From positions 54,592,430 to 54,656,429 of the forward strand of contig NC_090399.1 in the NCBI RefSeq assembly GCF_036365525.1: DNA of 64,000 nucleotides. The letters run 5' to 3'. Within the stretch, counting starts at the first letter, position 1. Each line of letters starts with the position of its first letter. A program made the translations under genes and the position numbers. Positions 1 through 10,655 of the stretch are shown piece by piece. The stretch is from Heterodontus francisci (Eukaryota). A model generated the notes under the pieces. It was not told where the DNA came from and did no database searches. It was given only the letters and a program-made list of their open reading frames with translations.

Positions 1-29
1 AACAGGCCCTTCAGCCCAGCCCAAACAGG

Positions 30-745
30 CTTTCTTAGGGTTAAAGAAGTGAAATTTATTCAAACTTAAAGTTTAATTCGGTTAACGTTTACGGATACAA
101 GATGTGCCCACTCCAGCATGCATAAGTGATACATACATGCAGATAGGGGCAGAAAAGAGGAGAAAAAATAAAGTGGAGAGGTTTGAGGCAATATCTGGAA
201 TTTCTTGTTACTGTGCTTCGAGCTCACTGTAGAGTCCTTTTGTAGGTAGTTCTTACTGGTAGGTAATTCTTGCTTTTGATTGGGGCCGAGTATTCTTCTT
301 AAACCTTGTTCACTTGAAGAGACTTTTCTCTCTTGGGTGTCTTCAATGTACTCCAAAGCTGGTGAGAAAGAGATGGGAGCAGACAGGAGAGAGATGTTCT
401 TCTTCCAGGAACCAGGAGCTTTCTCACTTCAAATTCCCTGTGGCAAGTTCAAATTCAAAAAACTCCAACAGTCAGTCAGTCATGTGACTAAACTGGTATG
501 ACTACGTCTGTTTGTGTATTCGGCCATCTTAGCAGTAAACCTGGAATGCTAGCCTCTCCACCTTTAACAGTCTGGTAATCAAAAGTCCACTGTGTATTAA
601 ATTGGAACATGGAGTGGTCCCTTTGTCTGTTCCAAGTACTGTCTGTTAAAATGCAAATATATTTCCAGCCAGGGGCTCGGCAACCCCTTGTAATAGGCCT
701 TCTTTTCTTCCACCAACAATTTTAAAATTTAATGTCCATGTGACA
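30..745. mobile_element. Probable solo LTR / LTR-like interspersed repeat
   Basis: Non-coding, ends ...CATGTGACA; positions 295-531 recur in diverged form at 44346-44571. Confidence 0.4.
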
Positions 746-764
746 AAATATCTGTATCCCATTC

Positions 765-920
765 TTGGCAGATAGGGGCTGCATGACATACTGAACAAGG
801 TACAATCATCAGCAAACATCACACTTCTGACCTTATGATGGAGGGAAGGCCAATTATGAAGCAGCTGAATGAAGATGGCTGGGCCCAGGACACTACCCTG
901 AGGAAATCCTGCAGCAGTGC
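765..920 (-). mobile_element. LINE (CR1/L2-group) RT fragment
   Basis: ORF 646..969 contains PQGSVLGP and MFADD RT motifs. Confidence 0.65.
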
Positions 921-1197
921 TCACGGACAGCATGTCCGCAGTGAAGGGGTCCCGGATCCTCCTCCTCAAGTGACCTCCCTATGCTCAGTGGCAATGGCTG
1001 TGCCCTCGTAACCTTGTAATAGCAAGGTTGAGGAGGATGCAATAGAGCACAGCAAACCTGATACTCGCTTCAGAGGTGTATTGTAGGATTTCCCATCGAG
1101 TGGTCCAGGCAGTGAGACTCTTGCTTACGAGCATCACTGGTCTGTTCCACAATGGAGGAGGGGAGCCATCAGCCATGTGTACGGGGGTGGAGGAGGA

Positions 1198-1332
1198 TAA
1201 AAGCAAAATACTGCAGATGCTGGAAATCTGAAATAAAAATAGAAAGTGCTGGAAATAATCAGCAGGTCTGGCAGCATTTGTGGAGAAGGAAACAGAGTTA
1301 ACGTTTCAGGTCGATGACCTTTCATCAGAACA
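1198..1332 (-). mobile_element. Penelope-like element terminal (pLTR) fragment
   Basis: TAAAAGCAAAATACTGCAGATGCTGGAAATCTG..., same as the ends of PLEs at 44345 and 52587. Confidence 0.8.
1297..1331 (-). ncRNA. Minimal type I hammerhead ribozyme motif (PLE-associated), best-preserved copy
   Basis: Minus strand GTT-CTGATGA-A-AGGTC-ATC-GACCT-GAAAC-GTT-AAC: both catalytic boxes, 5-bp helix II, palindromic AACGTT helix III, GTT/AAC helix I. Confidence 0.7.
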
Positions 1333-1852
1333 GGGAGTATCCTGTGTCTCCAGGTTAATGCCGTTTCTGTAGCTCTCCCCGTTGATCCGTGGGACCCACA
1401 GAGCCAATGGCTCCCTGCACTATTGGGAACCCCACTATCCTAGCAAAGCCATGTGCTTGTTCATCCTGCTTCTCTCAGATTAGAGAGAGATAATGCTGAA
1501 CACTCTATTCCCCGCATACAGGGCCTCCATCACCTCCTGGATGCTGTGATCAACGACCTGGGATATGTTTGCAACATGGCCTGTTCCTGCCTGGAAGGAT
1601 CCAGTTGCGTAGAAGTGTAGAGTGACAATGATAGCCACTGGCAGTGACATCCTCCCCCTGTGTGGGGCTTCAGGTCCTGAAGGTGGTGGCACATTCTGTG
1701 ACCACATCCTTCCTGAATGTGAGTCACACTGTCCCTGGCTGAGGTGAAGGTAGAGAAGTGCTCCCTTAAAGCCCGTGGGTGAGTAAGGTCTTCTCTGGAG
1801 AGTCCTTCTCCTCCTCCCGCACTTAACTTTCCCCTCTCTGCAGCCTCTTCTA

Positions 1853-2460
1853 GTCGGAAAATGAGGTGCTGTCCCTCGAGCTTGACGTTTACTGGAACAC
1901 TGCAGTAGACCAAGGACCCAAATGTAAGTATGAGAGAAGGGTGGTGAATTAAAATGGCAAGCACCCTGAAGCTCGGGATCATGCTTGCAGACTGAGTGGA
2001 GATGTTCTGCAAAGCGGTCACCCGATCTGCGTTTGGGTCTCTCCAATGTGGAGGCGACTGCATTGTGAGCAGCAAGTACAGTATACTAAATTGAAGGAAG
2101 TACAAGTAAATCGCTGCTTCACCTGGAAAGAGTGTTCAGGGCCTGGACGATGGGAGAGAGGTAAAAGGGCAGGTATTACATCTCCTGTGATTGCATGGAA
2201 AGGCGACGTGGGAAGGGGACGAGGTGTTGGGGGTGATGGAGGTGTGGATCAGCGTGTCACGGAGGGAACAATCCCTGCAGAATGCTGACTGGGGAGGGGA
2301 AGATGTGTTTGGTGGGGGCATCATGCTGGAGGTGGCTGAAATGGCAGAGGATGATCCTCTGGATGTGGAGGCTGGTGGGTTGGAAAGTTAGGGCAAGGGG
2401 AACCTGTCACAGTTCTAGGAAGGAGGGGAAGGGGTGAGGACAGAAGTGCGGGTCAGACAC
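1853..2460 (-). mobile_element. Penelope-like element fragment (GIY-YIG endonuclease region)
   Basis: FPCNHRRCNTCP zinc motif and ERPKRRSGDRFAEHLHSV...HFNSPP (GIY-YIG region). Confidence 0.8.
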
Positions 2461-2499
2461 TATATATAATTAATTTTTCAATGTGTTCTTAACCTATCC

Positions 2500-2785
2500 C
2501 ACTAGTATACAGTGGGGTTCCCCAGTGGTTTCTATTAGAACAGGGCTCCATTTGATATATATTAATGACCTGGACTTGGGTTTACAGGGCATAATTTCAA
2601 ATGTTACAGATAATATGACATTTCAGAATGCAGTGGACAGTGAGGAGGATTCCAACACACTTTAGGAGGACATAGACAGACTGGTGAAATGGCAAGCACA
2701 TGGCAGATGAAGTCGAATGCAGTGAAGTGTGAGGTGATTTATTTGGAAGGAAGAATGAGGAGAGATGATTATAAACATGTATAAA
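2500..2785 (+). mobile_element. Old CR1 RT fragment
   Basis: LIYINDLDLG...SEEDSNTL; WQMKSNAVKCEV-like. Confidence 0.7.
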
Positions 2786-2828
2786 CCTCATTGACTGGCA
2801 TTGCCCCTGCAGTCACTGTTCCTCTTAC

Positions 2829-3104
2829 CCCAGTCTAAGATCATCACTCCTCCATTTCCCTTCTGCTCATACTGACAGGAAAAGGTGGCTCTGTCATTGG
2901 GCTCAATCTGAACCCATCTCCTGAGCTGGTAGGTGCCATCATGGTTGGGCAGGATGTCAGAGGATTCTGTGTCAGTGATAGGCTTGCCATTTCTCAGGAG
3001 GGTGACCTTGATATCAAGAGGGTAAAATCCTGTGACAAGGCAGCAGAGTTGTGTCGGTTTAGCAGCTGATGCCTTGTCCACGGAAAGAAACACTTGAGGA
3101 GCAA
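2829..3104 (-). CDS. MHC class I heavy chain alpha-3 (Ig C1-set) exon, shark UAA-like
   Basis: 276-bp phase 1/1 exon: acceptor ...tactctcAG|TTGCTCCT, donor GACTGGG|GTAAGA. Peptide (V)APQVFLSVDKASAAKPTQLCCLVTGFYPLDIKVTLLRNGKPITDTESSDILPNHDGTYQLRRWVQIEPNDRATFSCQYEQKGNGGVMILDW has the C1-set Cys pair and class I GFYP and LPNxDGTYQ motifs; no stops. Confidence 0.9.
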
Positions 3105-3199
3105 CTGAGAGTAAAACAGATCAGAGGCAGGTCAGTGTGAGAGACAGGGAATGGTAAATATCCTTTCAAACTGGACATTAGAAAAAATACCTCAGTTTA

Positions 3200-3337
3200 C
3201 CCCTCCCCCCCCACTCACTAGCCCACTCTCAGTCCCCCTCCTCCCCGGCGATTCGCCCGCTCTCAGTCCTCCTCCCCCACCCCACCCCACCCTACCCCCC
3301 AAAGACTCGCCCGCTCTCAGTCCCCATCCCCCCTCCA
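3200..3337. repeat. C-rich minisatellite (CCCGCTCTCAGTCC core) running into the gap
   Basis: Three degenerate copies of the core separated by poly-C. Confidence 0.6.
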
Positions 3338-3537
3338 NNNNNNNNNNNNNNNNNNNNNNNNNNNNNNNNNNNNNNNNNNNNNNNNNNNNNNNNNNNNNNN
3401 NNNNNNNNNNNNNNNNNNNNNNNNNNNNNNNNNNNNNNNNNNNNNNNNNNNNNNNNNNNNNNNNNNNNNNNNNNNNNNNNNNNNNNNNNNNNNNNNNNNN
3501 NNNNNNNNNNNNNNNNNNNNNNNNNNNNNNNNNNNNN
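3338..3537. other. Assembly gap (200 N, true size unknown)
   Basis: Run of exactly 200 n. Confidence 1.
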
Positions 3538-3685
3538 AATTTTGGAAAATTAAAACCAACACATCAAATATCTCACTGGTCACTTGTTTTCGGAGCCTGG
3601 AATGAAACCCATCTGGACCCGGGAACTTGCCAGCCTGCAGCTCCAACAATTTGTTCAGTACCACTTCCCTGGCGATTGTAATTTT

Positions 3686-4357
3686 AGAGTCATCGAGTCG
3701 TACAGCATAGAAACAGGCCCTTCGGCCCACCGCGTCCATGCCGACCATAATGCCGATCTATACTAATCCCACCTGCCTGCATTAATTCCATATCCCTCTA
3801 TGCCTTGCTCATTCAAGTACCTGTCCAGATGTCTCTTAAATGTTGCTGCTGTTCCTGCCTCAACCATCTCCTCAGGCAGCTCATTCCAGATACCCACTAT
3901 TCTTTGTGTGAAAAATTTATCCCTTTGATCCCCTTTAAACCTCCTCCCTCTCACCTTAAATCTATGCCCTCTAGTTTTAATCACCCCTACCATGGGAAAA
4001 AGACTCTGGCTATCTACCCTATCTATACCTCTCATAATTTTATATACCTCCACCATGTCCCCCCTCAGCCTCCTTCGCTCCAGGGAAAACCAACCCAGCC
4101 TATCCAATCTCTCTTTATAACTCAAGCCCTCCAAACCAGGCAACTTCCTTGTGAATCTTTTCTGCACCATCTCTAGCTTAGTCACATCTTTCCTGTAGTG
4201 CAGCGACCAGAACTGCACACAGCACTCCAAATGCGGACCAACCAACGTTATGTAGAACTGGAACATGACGTCCCAACTCCTGTACTCAATGCCTCGGCCG
4301 ATGAAGGCAAGCATGCCATACGCCTTCTTCACCACCCCGTCTACCTGTGTTGCCAAT
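3686..4357 (-). mobile_element. 5'-truncated CR1 (3' end of ORF2 plus tail)
   Basis: ORF 3763..4380 VVKKAYGMLAFI...RRRLRGD...FFTQRIVGIWNELP; GACTCGATGACTCT tail on the minus strand. Confidence 0.9.
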
Positions 4358-4971
4358 TTTACCTGCCAATATCTTTTCATGTCCTCGCTTTGCTGTTCTA
4401 ATTTCCTTTTTTACTTCACCCCTGCACTTGCTATACTCCTCTAGGCTTTCTAAGGTATTAAGGTATTATTTTCTTGAGTTCCTCCCTCCCTTCTATGTCT
4501 TGATTTACAACTTTTTCTGGGATGTTGATAGTATCCTCGATGGTGAAGACCGATGCAAAATACCTGTTCAGTTCATCTGCCATCTCCTTATTTTCCCTTA
4601 GTAATTCCCCAGACCCACTTTCTATTGGACTAATGCTCTCTTTGTTAACCCTTTTCTTTTAAATATCTGTGCAAACTCTTACTATCTGCTTTTATATTAC
4701 TAGCTAACTTTCTCTCGTAATCTAATTTTTCCCTTATCAATCTTTTGAGTCATTCTTTGCTTTTTTAAAATATTTTTTCCAATCTTCTGACCTGCCACCC
4801 ATCTTTGAGCAATTACATGCTTTTTCTTTAAGTTTGATTTTATCTTTAACTTTTTGATTAACCACGGATGGTGAGTCCTCCCCTTGGAATTTTTCTTTCT
4901 CGTTGGAATGTATCTATTCTGTGTATTCTGAAATATCCCCTTATATGTCTGCCACAGCATCTCTATTACCT

Positions 4972-5342
4972 AGAAAATTCTAACAGGACCTGATAGGGTA
5001 GATGCAGGTAGGATGTTCCCGAGGGTGGGGGAGTCCAGAACCAGGGGTTATCCTCTAAGGATAGGGGGTAAACCTTTCAGGACTGAGATAAGAAGAAATT
5101 TCTTCTCCCAGCGAGTGGTGAGCCTGTGGAATTCGCTACCACAGAAAGCAGTTGAGGCCAAAACATTGTATGTTTTCAAGAAGGTGTTAGATGTCGGTCT
5201 TGGGTCTAAAGGGATCAAAGGGTATGGGTAGACAGGAGGAACAGGTTACTGAGTTGGATGATCAGCCATGATCATAATCAATGGTGGAGCAGGCTCGAAG
5301 GGTCGAATGGCCTACTCCTGCTCCTATTTTCTATGTTTCTAT
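4972..5342 (+). mobile_element. CR1 3' end
   Basis: ORF 5013..5231 FFSQRVVSLWNSLP; TTCTATGTTTCTAT tail. Confidence 0.85.
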
Positions 5343-6341
5343 TGATCTGTCCTTTAACCTGATTTGCCAGTTCAGTTTAGCTCTGCTTTCATGCCCTCAT
5401 AATTTGCCATGATTTAAGTTTAAAATATTAGTCTTCGACCCATTCTGCCTCAAAATGAATGTAAAATTGAATCATATTATGATCACTGCTGCCTGGGGGC
5501 ACCTTCACTATGAGGTCATCAGTTGTGCCTGTGCTGGCATTTTGCTACAGCAATCTTTGTCCAGAGAGTGGCGCTCTAAGCATTCACATTATTAATTTAA
5601 AATCGACCAACAAAACAATTTATCCAGTGTTTTGAAGGTAAATTACTAAACCTTGCTTCAACACCTTACATGTTAACATAAGCTTTTATATTGGAAATAT
5701 TATTGGAAACAGATGTGTTCTTAAATCCACAGTTTTGTCAGTCTGAGTTTAGTTACTTGTGTAATCTTTCTCTGAATACGGGGACTTATCTCCAGAGGCG
5801 GCTAATGTACCTGGCATTAGCACAACACCTTCCCAGGGTCAGCTCCTGTGATTGGGATGTTTTGTGCGCTTGTGATGATCTCAGTGAATGTGCAGAATGT
5901 CCCTGATTTCAGGTCAGTGCTGAGTTCAGCTTCCTCCCCCCCCCCCCCCCTACACCCAATCCATTCCCAGCCTGCTGTCTATCACCTCTGAAACATTACC
6001 TGCTCACCCTCTCTGCTGTCTGAACCCGAATCCAGTCTTTATCACCTCAACACTCAATCTCCCCAATGCTCCCCCTACCAACCACCCCAATTCCCCACTC
6101 CACAAACTACAATGTATCCCAACTGTCACAGTGCAAATCATGAACTGGGAAAAGGCCCAAACACCCTGGAAATCCTAGGACAGCATCATGTGGATCCACC
6201 CCTTTCTCCTCTCATTTACATCTGGGAATTAAACATGTAGCAGACACGTGGAAGGGGAATTTAGGGACCTGTATCATGTCCAACGATCCCTCCTCCTGTC
6301 CATGTCTGATGTACCAGCTGCCAACTCCAGCTCCTGCCCAC

Positions 6342-6524
6342 GGGAACTACAACTGATGAATTGTAACCAGGGGCTAAAACCTGTCTCCAGGTGACATCAC
6401 AAAGGGAGCCAATCACACAGCAGCCAGCACAGGCCCTGCCCACTGGTGGTATTGCAGGGTCACATGACCAGGCCCTGCTCCAGTCTCACTGGATTGGGAG
6501 CACAGGTTACAAGATCAGCCCAAT
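6342..6524. promoter_or_regulatory. Promoter-like motif cluster
   Basis: GGGAACTACAAC (6342), RFX/X-box-like GTCTCCAGGTGAC (6383-6395) overlapping CRE-like TGACATCA, CCAAT (6409), palindromic E-box GTCACATGAC (6459), ATTGG (6493). Confidence 0.3.
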
Positions 6525-6689
6525 CATATGATGGCCGTGTCCCCAACCCGAGCTCCCGTATAATGACACCACAGGCAGGGAGCCCCATCCACCATCTTCA
6601 ACATTCACTCCTTCACCACTGATATACAATGGCAGCAGTGTGTACCATCTACAAGATGCACTGCAGAAACTCACCAAGAACTGACTGAC

Positions 6690-8060
6690 CTGCAGTTGCT
6701 GGGCTTTTTTACACTCTTTTTTTGCACAATTTGCAATTCTCCAGTCCTCTGGCACCACCCCTGAGTCTAAGGAAGACTGGAAAATTATGGCCAGTGCCTC
6801 TACAATTTCCACTGTCACTTCCCTCCGTATTCTTGGATGCATCTGGTCCTGGTGCTTTATCAACTTGAAGTATAGACAGCCTATCTAATACCGCATCCTT
6901 ATCAATTTAAAATCATTCTAGTTATTATCTCCTCTTTCACAGTGGTCTGGGTAGCACCTTCTTCCTTAGTAAATACAAATGCAAAGTATATATTTAGCAC
7001 CTCAGCTATTCCCCCTGCCTCCATATATAAATCCTCTTTTTGGTCCCTAAATGGCCCTACTCCTCTCTTCACCACTTTCTTACTATTTAAATGCCTGAAG
7101 AAAGCTTTGGGATTCCCTTTTACGTTAGCTGTCAGTCTCTTTTCATACTCCCTCTTTGCTTCTCTTACTTGCTTTTTCACTTCCTCTCCGAACCTTCTGT
7201 ATTCAGCCTGGTTCTCCATTGTATTCTCCAGCTGACATTTTTTCTTCTTCATCGTAATCTCATCTCTTTTGACATCCAGGGAGCTCTGCATTTAGTTGCT
7301 CTCCCTTTCCCCTTTAAGGGAATCTACCTTGATTGTGCCCAAACTATCTATACTTTGAAGGTAGCCTATTGTGCAGCTGCTGTTTTTTCTACCAACCTTT
7401 GATTCCAGTTTATTCGGCCCAGATTCATTCTCACCCCATTGAAGTTGGCTTTCCCCCAATTAAGTATTCTTACTCCAGATTGTTCTTTCTCCTTTTCCAT
7501 AGCCAACCTAAACCTTATGATACCTGATCACTGTTCCCTAAATGTTCTCCAACTGATATTTGATCCACTGGGTCCACCTCACTCCCATGAACCAGGTCCA
7601 GCAGTGCCTCCCTTCTAGTTGCAGTGGAAACATACTGCTGTAGAAAATGTTCCTGAACACACTCTAGGAACTATTAGTCCTCTCTGCCCTTTACACTATT
7701 AATATCCCATTCAATGTTCAGATATTTACATGCCCCATTACAATGACTCCATAATTCCTGCACCTTCCTGTAATTTCATTGCAGATTTCTTCCTCTGCAC
7801 CCTTTCCATTAGTTATTGGCCTATAGACTACACTGAGTAATGTAACTGCACCCTTTTTGTTCTTTAGCTTTAGCCAAATAGGTGCAATGATCACAGTCCC
7901 CTAAATGTTCTCCGACTGATATTTGATCCACTTGGCCCACCTCACTCCCATGAACCAGGTCTAGCAGAGCCTCGCCTCTTGTTGGAATGGAAGCATTCTG
8001 CCAGTCCTGCCCTTCATTAAGCCAGGTCTCTGTTTAGCCACATCATATTTCCACATATCA
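6690..8060 (-). mobile_element. Old CR1 ORF2 fragments
   Basis: VPEDWRIAN and KGNPKAFF peptides; 7523-7620 recurs at about 7885-7990. Confidence 0.75.
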
Positions 8061-8169
8061 ATCTGCACCTGAACTCACCAGATTAACGACACTCTGATGA
8101 ATGCACAGTGTGCACATTAACCCTGATTTTACTCTAGGTCTTTCTCCCTGACTCTGACCCCACCTGATA

Positions 8170-8260
8170 TCCCCAGATACAGGAGTGTGAGACAGGGCTT
8201 CGAGGGACCTCCCCAGATACAGGAGGTTGAGAGGGTTTAATGCAAACTCCCGATACATGG
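8170..8260. repeat. About 40-bp satellite monomers (CCCCAGATACAGGAG core)
   Basis: 2-3 units, same family as 12449-12870. Confidence 0.6.
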
Positions 8261-8474
8261 ACTGTAACCTGTGTCAGGAGTAGGACTGACTGTTGACATT
8301 AGTGGTGCTTTGTAGATGAGCTTATTTTATCAACTCCCAGGTAACATAAGTTGAACAAACCCTGCCCTTTTTCAAACCTGACAAAATATTTCAGTTAAGA
8401 ATCAAATGGCAGCAGGTAACTGGGATGAATGTCACATGTGATGGTATCTCTGAGGGCGAATCAGTTCAATAACA

Positions 8475-8699
8475 TTATCTAACCTTGTCCTTCTTTAAAC
8501 CTCAGCAAGAATTTCAGGTCGGTTCAGGTATGCAGCAGAGAAATGGAATGAATGTCGTGGTTAATTGCAGGTTCAGTGAAGTTCAGAATCACAAACATCA
8601 TCCAAACAAACCGAGTCAGTTGTTCATTGGTTACTGTAAACAATACCAGGGAAATGTAAACAGAATTTTTATAATACATGAACTGATAGAATCATAGAG
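8475..8699. repeat. Duplicated segment U, copy 1 of 4
   Basis: TTATCTAACCTTGTCCTTCTTTAAACC...GAATCATAGAG; recurs at about 10433, 23826 and 27537. Confidence 0.9.
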
Positions 8700-8705
8700 A
8701 CATGT

Positions 8706-9044
8706 CCGGCACAGTGGCCCAGTGGTTAGCACTGCAGCCTCACAGCTCCAGCGACCCGAGTTCGGTTCTGGGTACTGCCTGTGTGGAGTTTGTAAGTTCT
8801 CCCTGTGGGATTTCGCCGGGTGCTCCGGTTTCCTCCCACAGCCAAAGACTTGCAGGTTGATAACGAAATTGGCCATTGTAAATTGCCCCCAGTGTAGATA
8901 CGTGGTAGGAGAATGGTGGGGATGTGGTAGGGAATATGGGACGAATGTCAGATTAGTATAAATGGGTGGTTGTTGGTCGGCACAGACTCGGTGGGCCGAG
9001 GGGCCTGTTTCTATGCTGTATTTATTTATTTTATTTTTTATTTA
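8706..9044 (+). mobile_element. tRNA-derived HE1-type SINE
   Basis: A box TGGCCCAGTGG, degenerate B box, GGGTGCTCCGGTTTCCTCCCAC core, CR1-like tail. Confidence 0.85.
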
Positions 9045-9545
9045 TACAACACTGAAACAGGCCCTTCGGCCCACCGCGCCCATGCCGACCATAATGCCTA
9101 TCTATACTAATCCCACCTGCCTGCATTAATTCCATATCCCTCTATACCTTGCTGATTCAAGTACCTGTCCAGATGCCTCTTAAATGTTGCTACTGTTCCT
9201 GCCTCCACCACCTCCTCAGGCAGCTCATTCCAGATACCCACTATTCTTTGTGTGAAACATTTACCCCTTTGATCCCCTTTAAACCTCCTCCCTCTCACTT
9301 TAAATCTATGCCCTCTAGTTTTAGTCACCCCTACCATGGGAAACAGACTCTGGCTATCTACCCTATCTATGCCTCTCATAATTTTATATACCTCTATCAT
9401 GTCACCTGTCTGCCTCCTTCGCTCCAGGGAAAACAGACCCAGCCTATCTAATCTCTCTTTATATCTCAAGCCCTCCATACCAGGCAACATCCTTGTGAAT
9501 CTTTTCTGCACCCTCTCTAGCTTAATCACGTCTTCCCAGTGGTGC
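9045..9545 (-). mobile_element. CR1 3' end
   Basis: ORF 9107..9649 C-terminal part LERVQKRFTRMLPG...WNELP. Confidence 0.9.
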
Positions 9546-10160
9546 GCAATTTTTGGCCTGGTCTGACTTTTCTGCACCGCCGCTGAGTCAACAGGTCCTT
9601 GATGGCATCCCTTCACTTTGGCAGATGAGTACGTCAGGATGCCCAGCAATTATACACCATCTGCGTGGAGCCATTCCTGTGCCTGCTTTGCAAGAGGTTG
9701 GTGGGTTTGGCTCTGCCTGGGTCAGGCATGCGGGTCGTCCTCTCGGCTTACATCGATTACGTGCTCCTCATGATCACAGATCCTGTTGACTTACAGGGGA
9801 TGCTCTCAAGAGGCAAATCCCCGGGGCTGACGGTCGAGTTCTTCAGGGCATTCTGGGATGTCCTGGAGGGCGACAACGTGCCAGTCCTTGGGGGGGGAAA
9901 GCAGGGCAATCGGGGAGATGCCCCTCGCCTGGCGCAAAGTGGTCCTGGCCGTGCTCCCAAAGTGGGGTGATCTCCACTTGTTTAAGAACTGGCGTCCGGT
10001 CTCTCTCCTCAGCACGGATTATAAGATCTTTGCCTGGGCTTCATGCTGACTCATATCACCACCCCGACCAGTCCTACATGGTCCTAGGCCGGTCCATCCA
10101 TGACAACATTGACCTGGTCTGGGACCTGATCCATCATTCCCAGAGGACTTGTCTGTCTGT
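9546..10160 (+). mobile_element. Rearranged Tx1/L1-clade RT fragments
   Basis: KSPGLTVEFFRAFWD, KNWRPVSLLSTDYKIF, GRSIHDNI. Confidence 0.8.
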
Positions 10161-10359
10161 CTGTCGGCTTTCTCTCCCTCTCTCTCCGTTTACCCTCCTC
10201 GCGCTCTTTTCCATTTCCCCCCCCCCCCACCAAATCGCTCTCGCCGATTTCCCCCCCCCGCCCCCGCTCTCGTCGATTCCCCCCCCCCCAGCTCTATTTG
10301 ATTTCCCCACTCTGTTCCGCCCCCCCCCCGTCTCTATTTCTTTGTTCCCCACCCCCCAC

Positions 10360-10655
10360 CGTGTTCCACCCACCACCACCCCCGACAATTACACTGAGCA
10401 GGAGCGCTCAACACTGCAGCATTGACATTAACCTTATCTAACCTTGTCCTTCTTTAAACCTGAGCAAGAATTTCACATTAATTCAGGTATGCAGCAGAGA
10501 AATGGAATGAATGAATGTCGTGGTTAATTGCAGGTTCAGTGAAGTTCAGAATGTCATACATCAAACACACCCAGTCAGTCGTTCATCGATTACTGTAAAC
10601 AATACCAGGGAAATGTCAACAGAATTTTTATAATACATGAGCTGATAGAATCATA
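10360..10655. repeat. Duplicated segment U, copy 2, preceded by C-rich minisatellite
   Basis: Near-identical to 23750-24050 and 27462-27762. Confidence 0.9.

Larger units (their letters stand above)
925..1850 (-). mobile_element. Degenerate PIF/Harbinger (HARBI1-like) transposase remnant, interrupted by a PLE tail
   Basis: Minus-strand peptides LPVAIIVTLHFYATGSFQAGTGHVANISQ, YTWLMAP and LQYTSEASIRFAVLYCILLNLAITR match Harbinger DDE transposase motifs. Confidence 0.65.
3538..5520 (-). mobile_element. Old CR1 ORF2 fragment, host to two younger CR1 3' insertions
   Basis: KFPGPDGFHSR and QNRYIPTRKK...PWL peptides on minus strand. Confidence 0.7.

Noticed and set aside
2829-3104. Beta-2-microglobulin or W-category alpha chain (VTLLRNG resembles VDLLKNG)
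   Set aside because: Has class I alpha-3-type Pro/Gly/Gln (LPNHDGTYQ) in place of the b2m Phe/Trp/Tyr residues (SFSKDWSFY)
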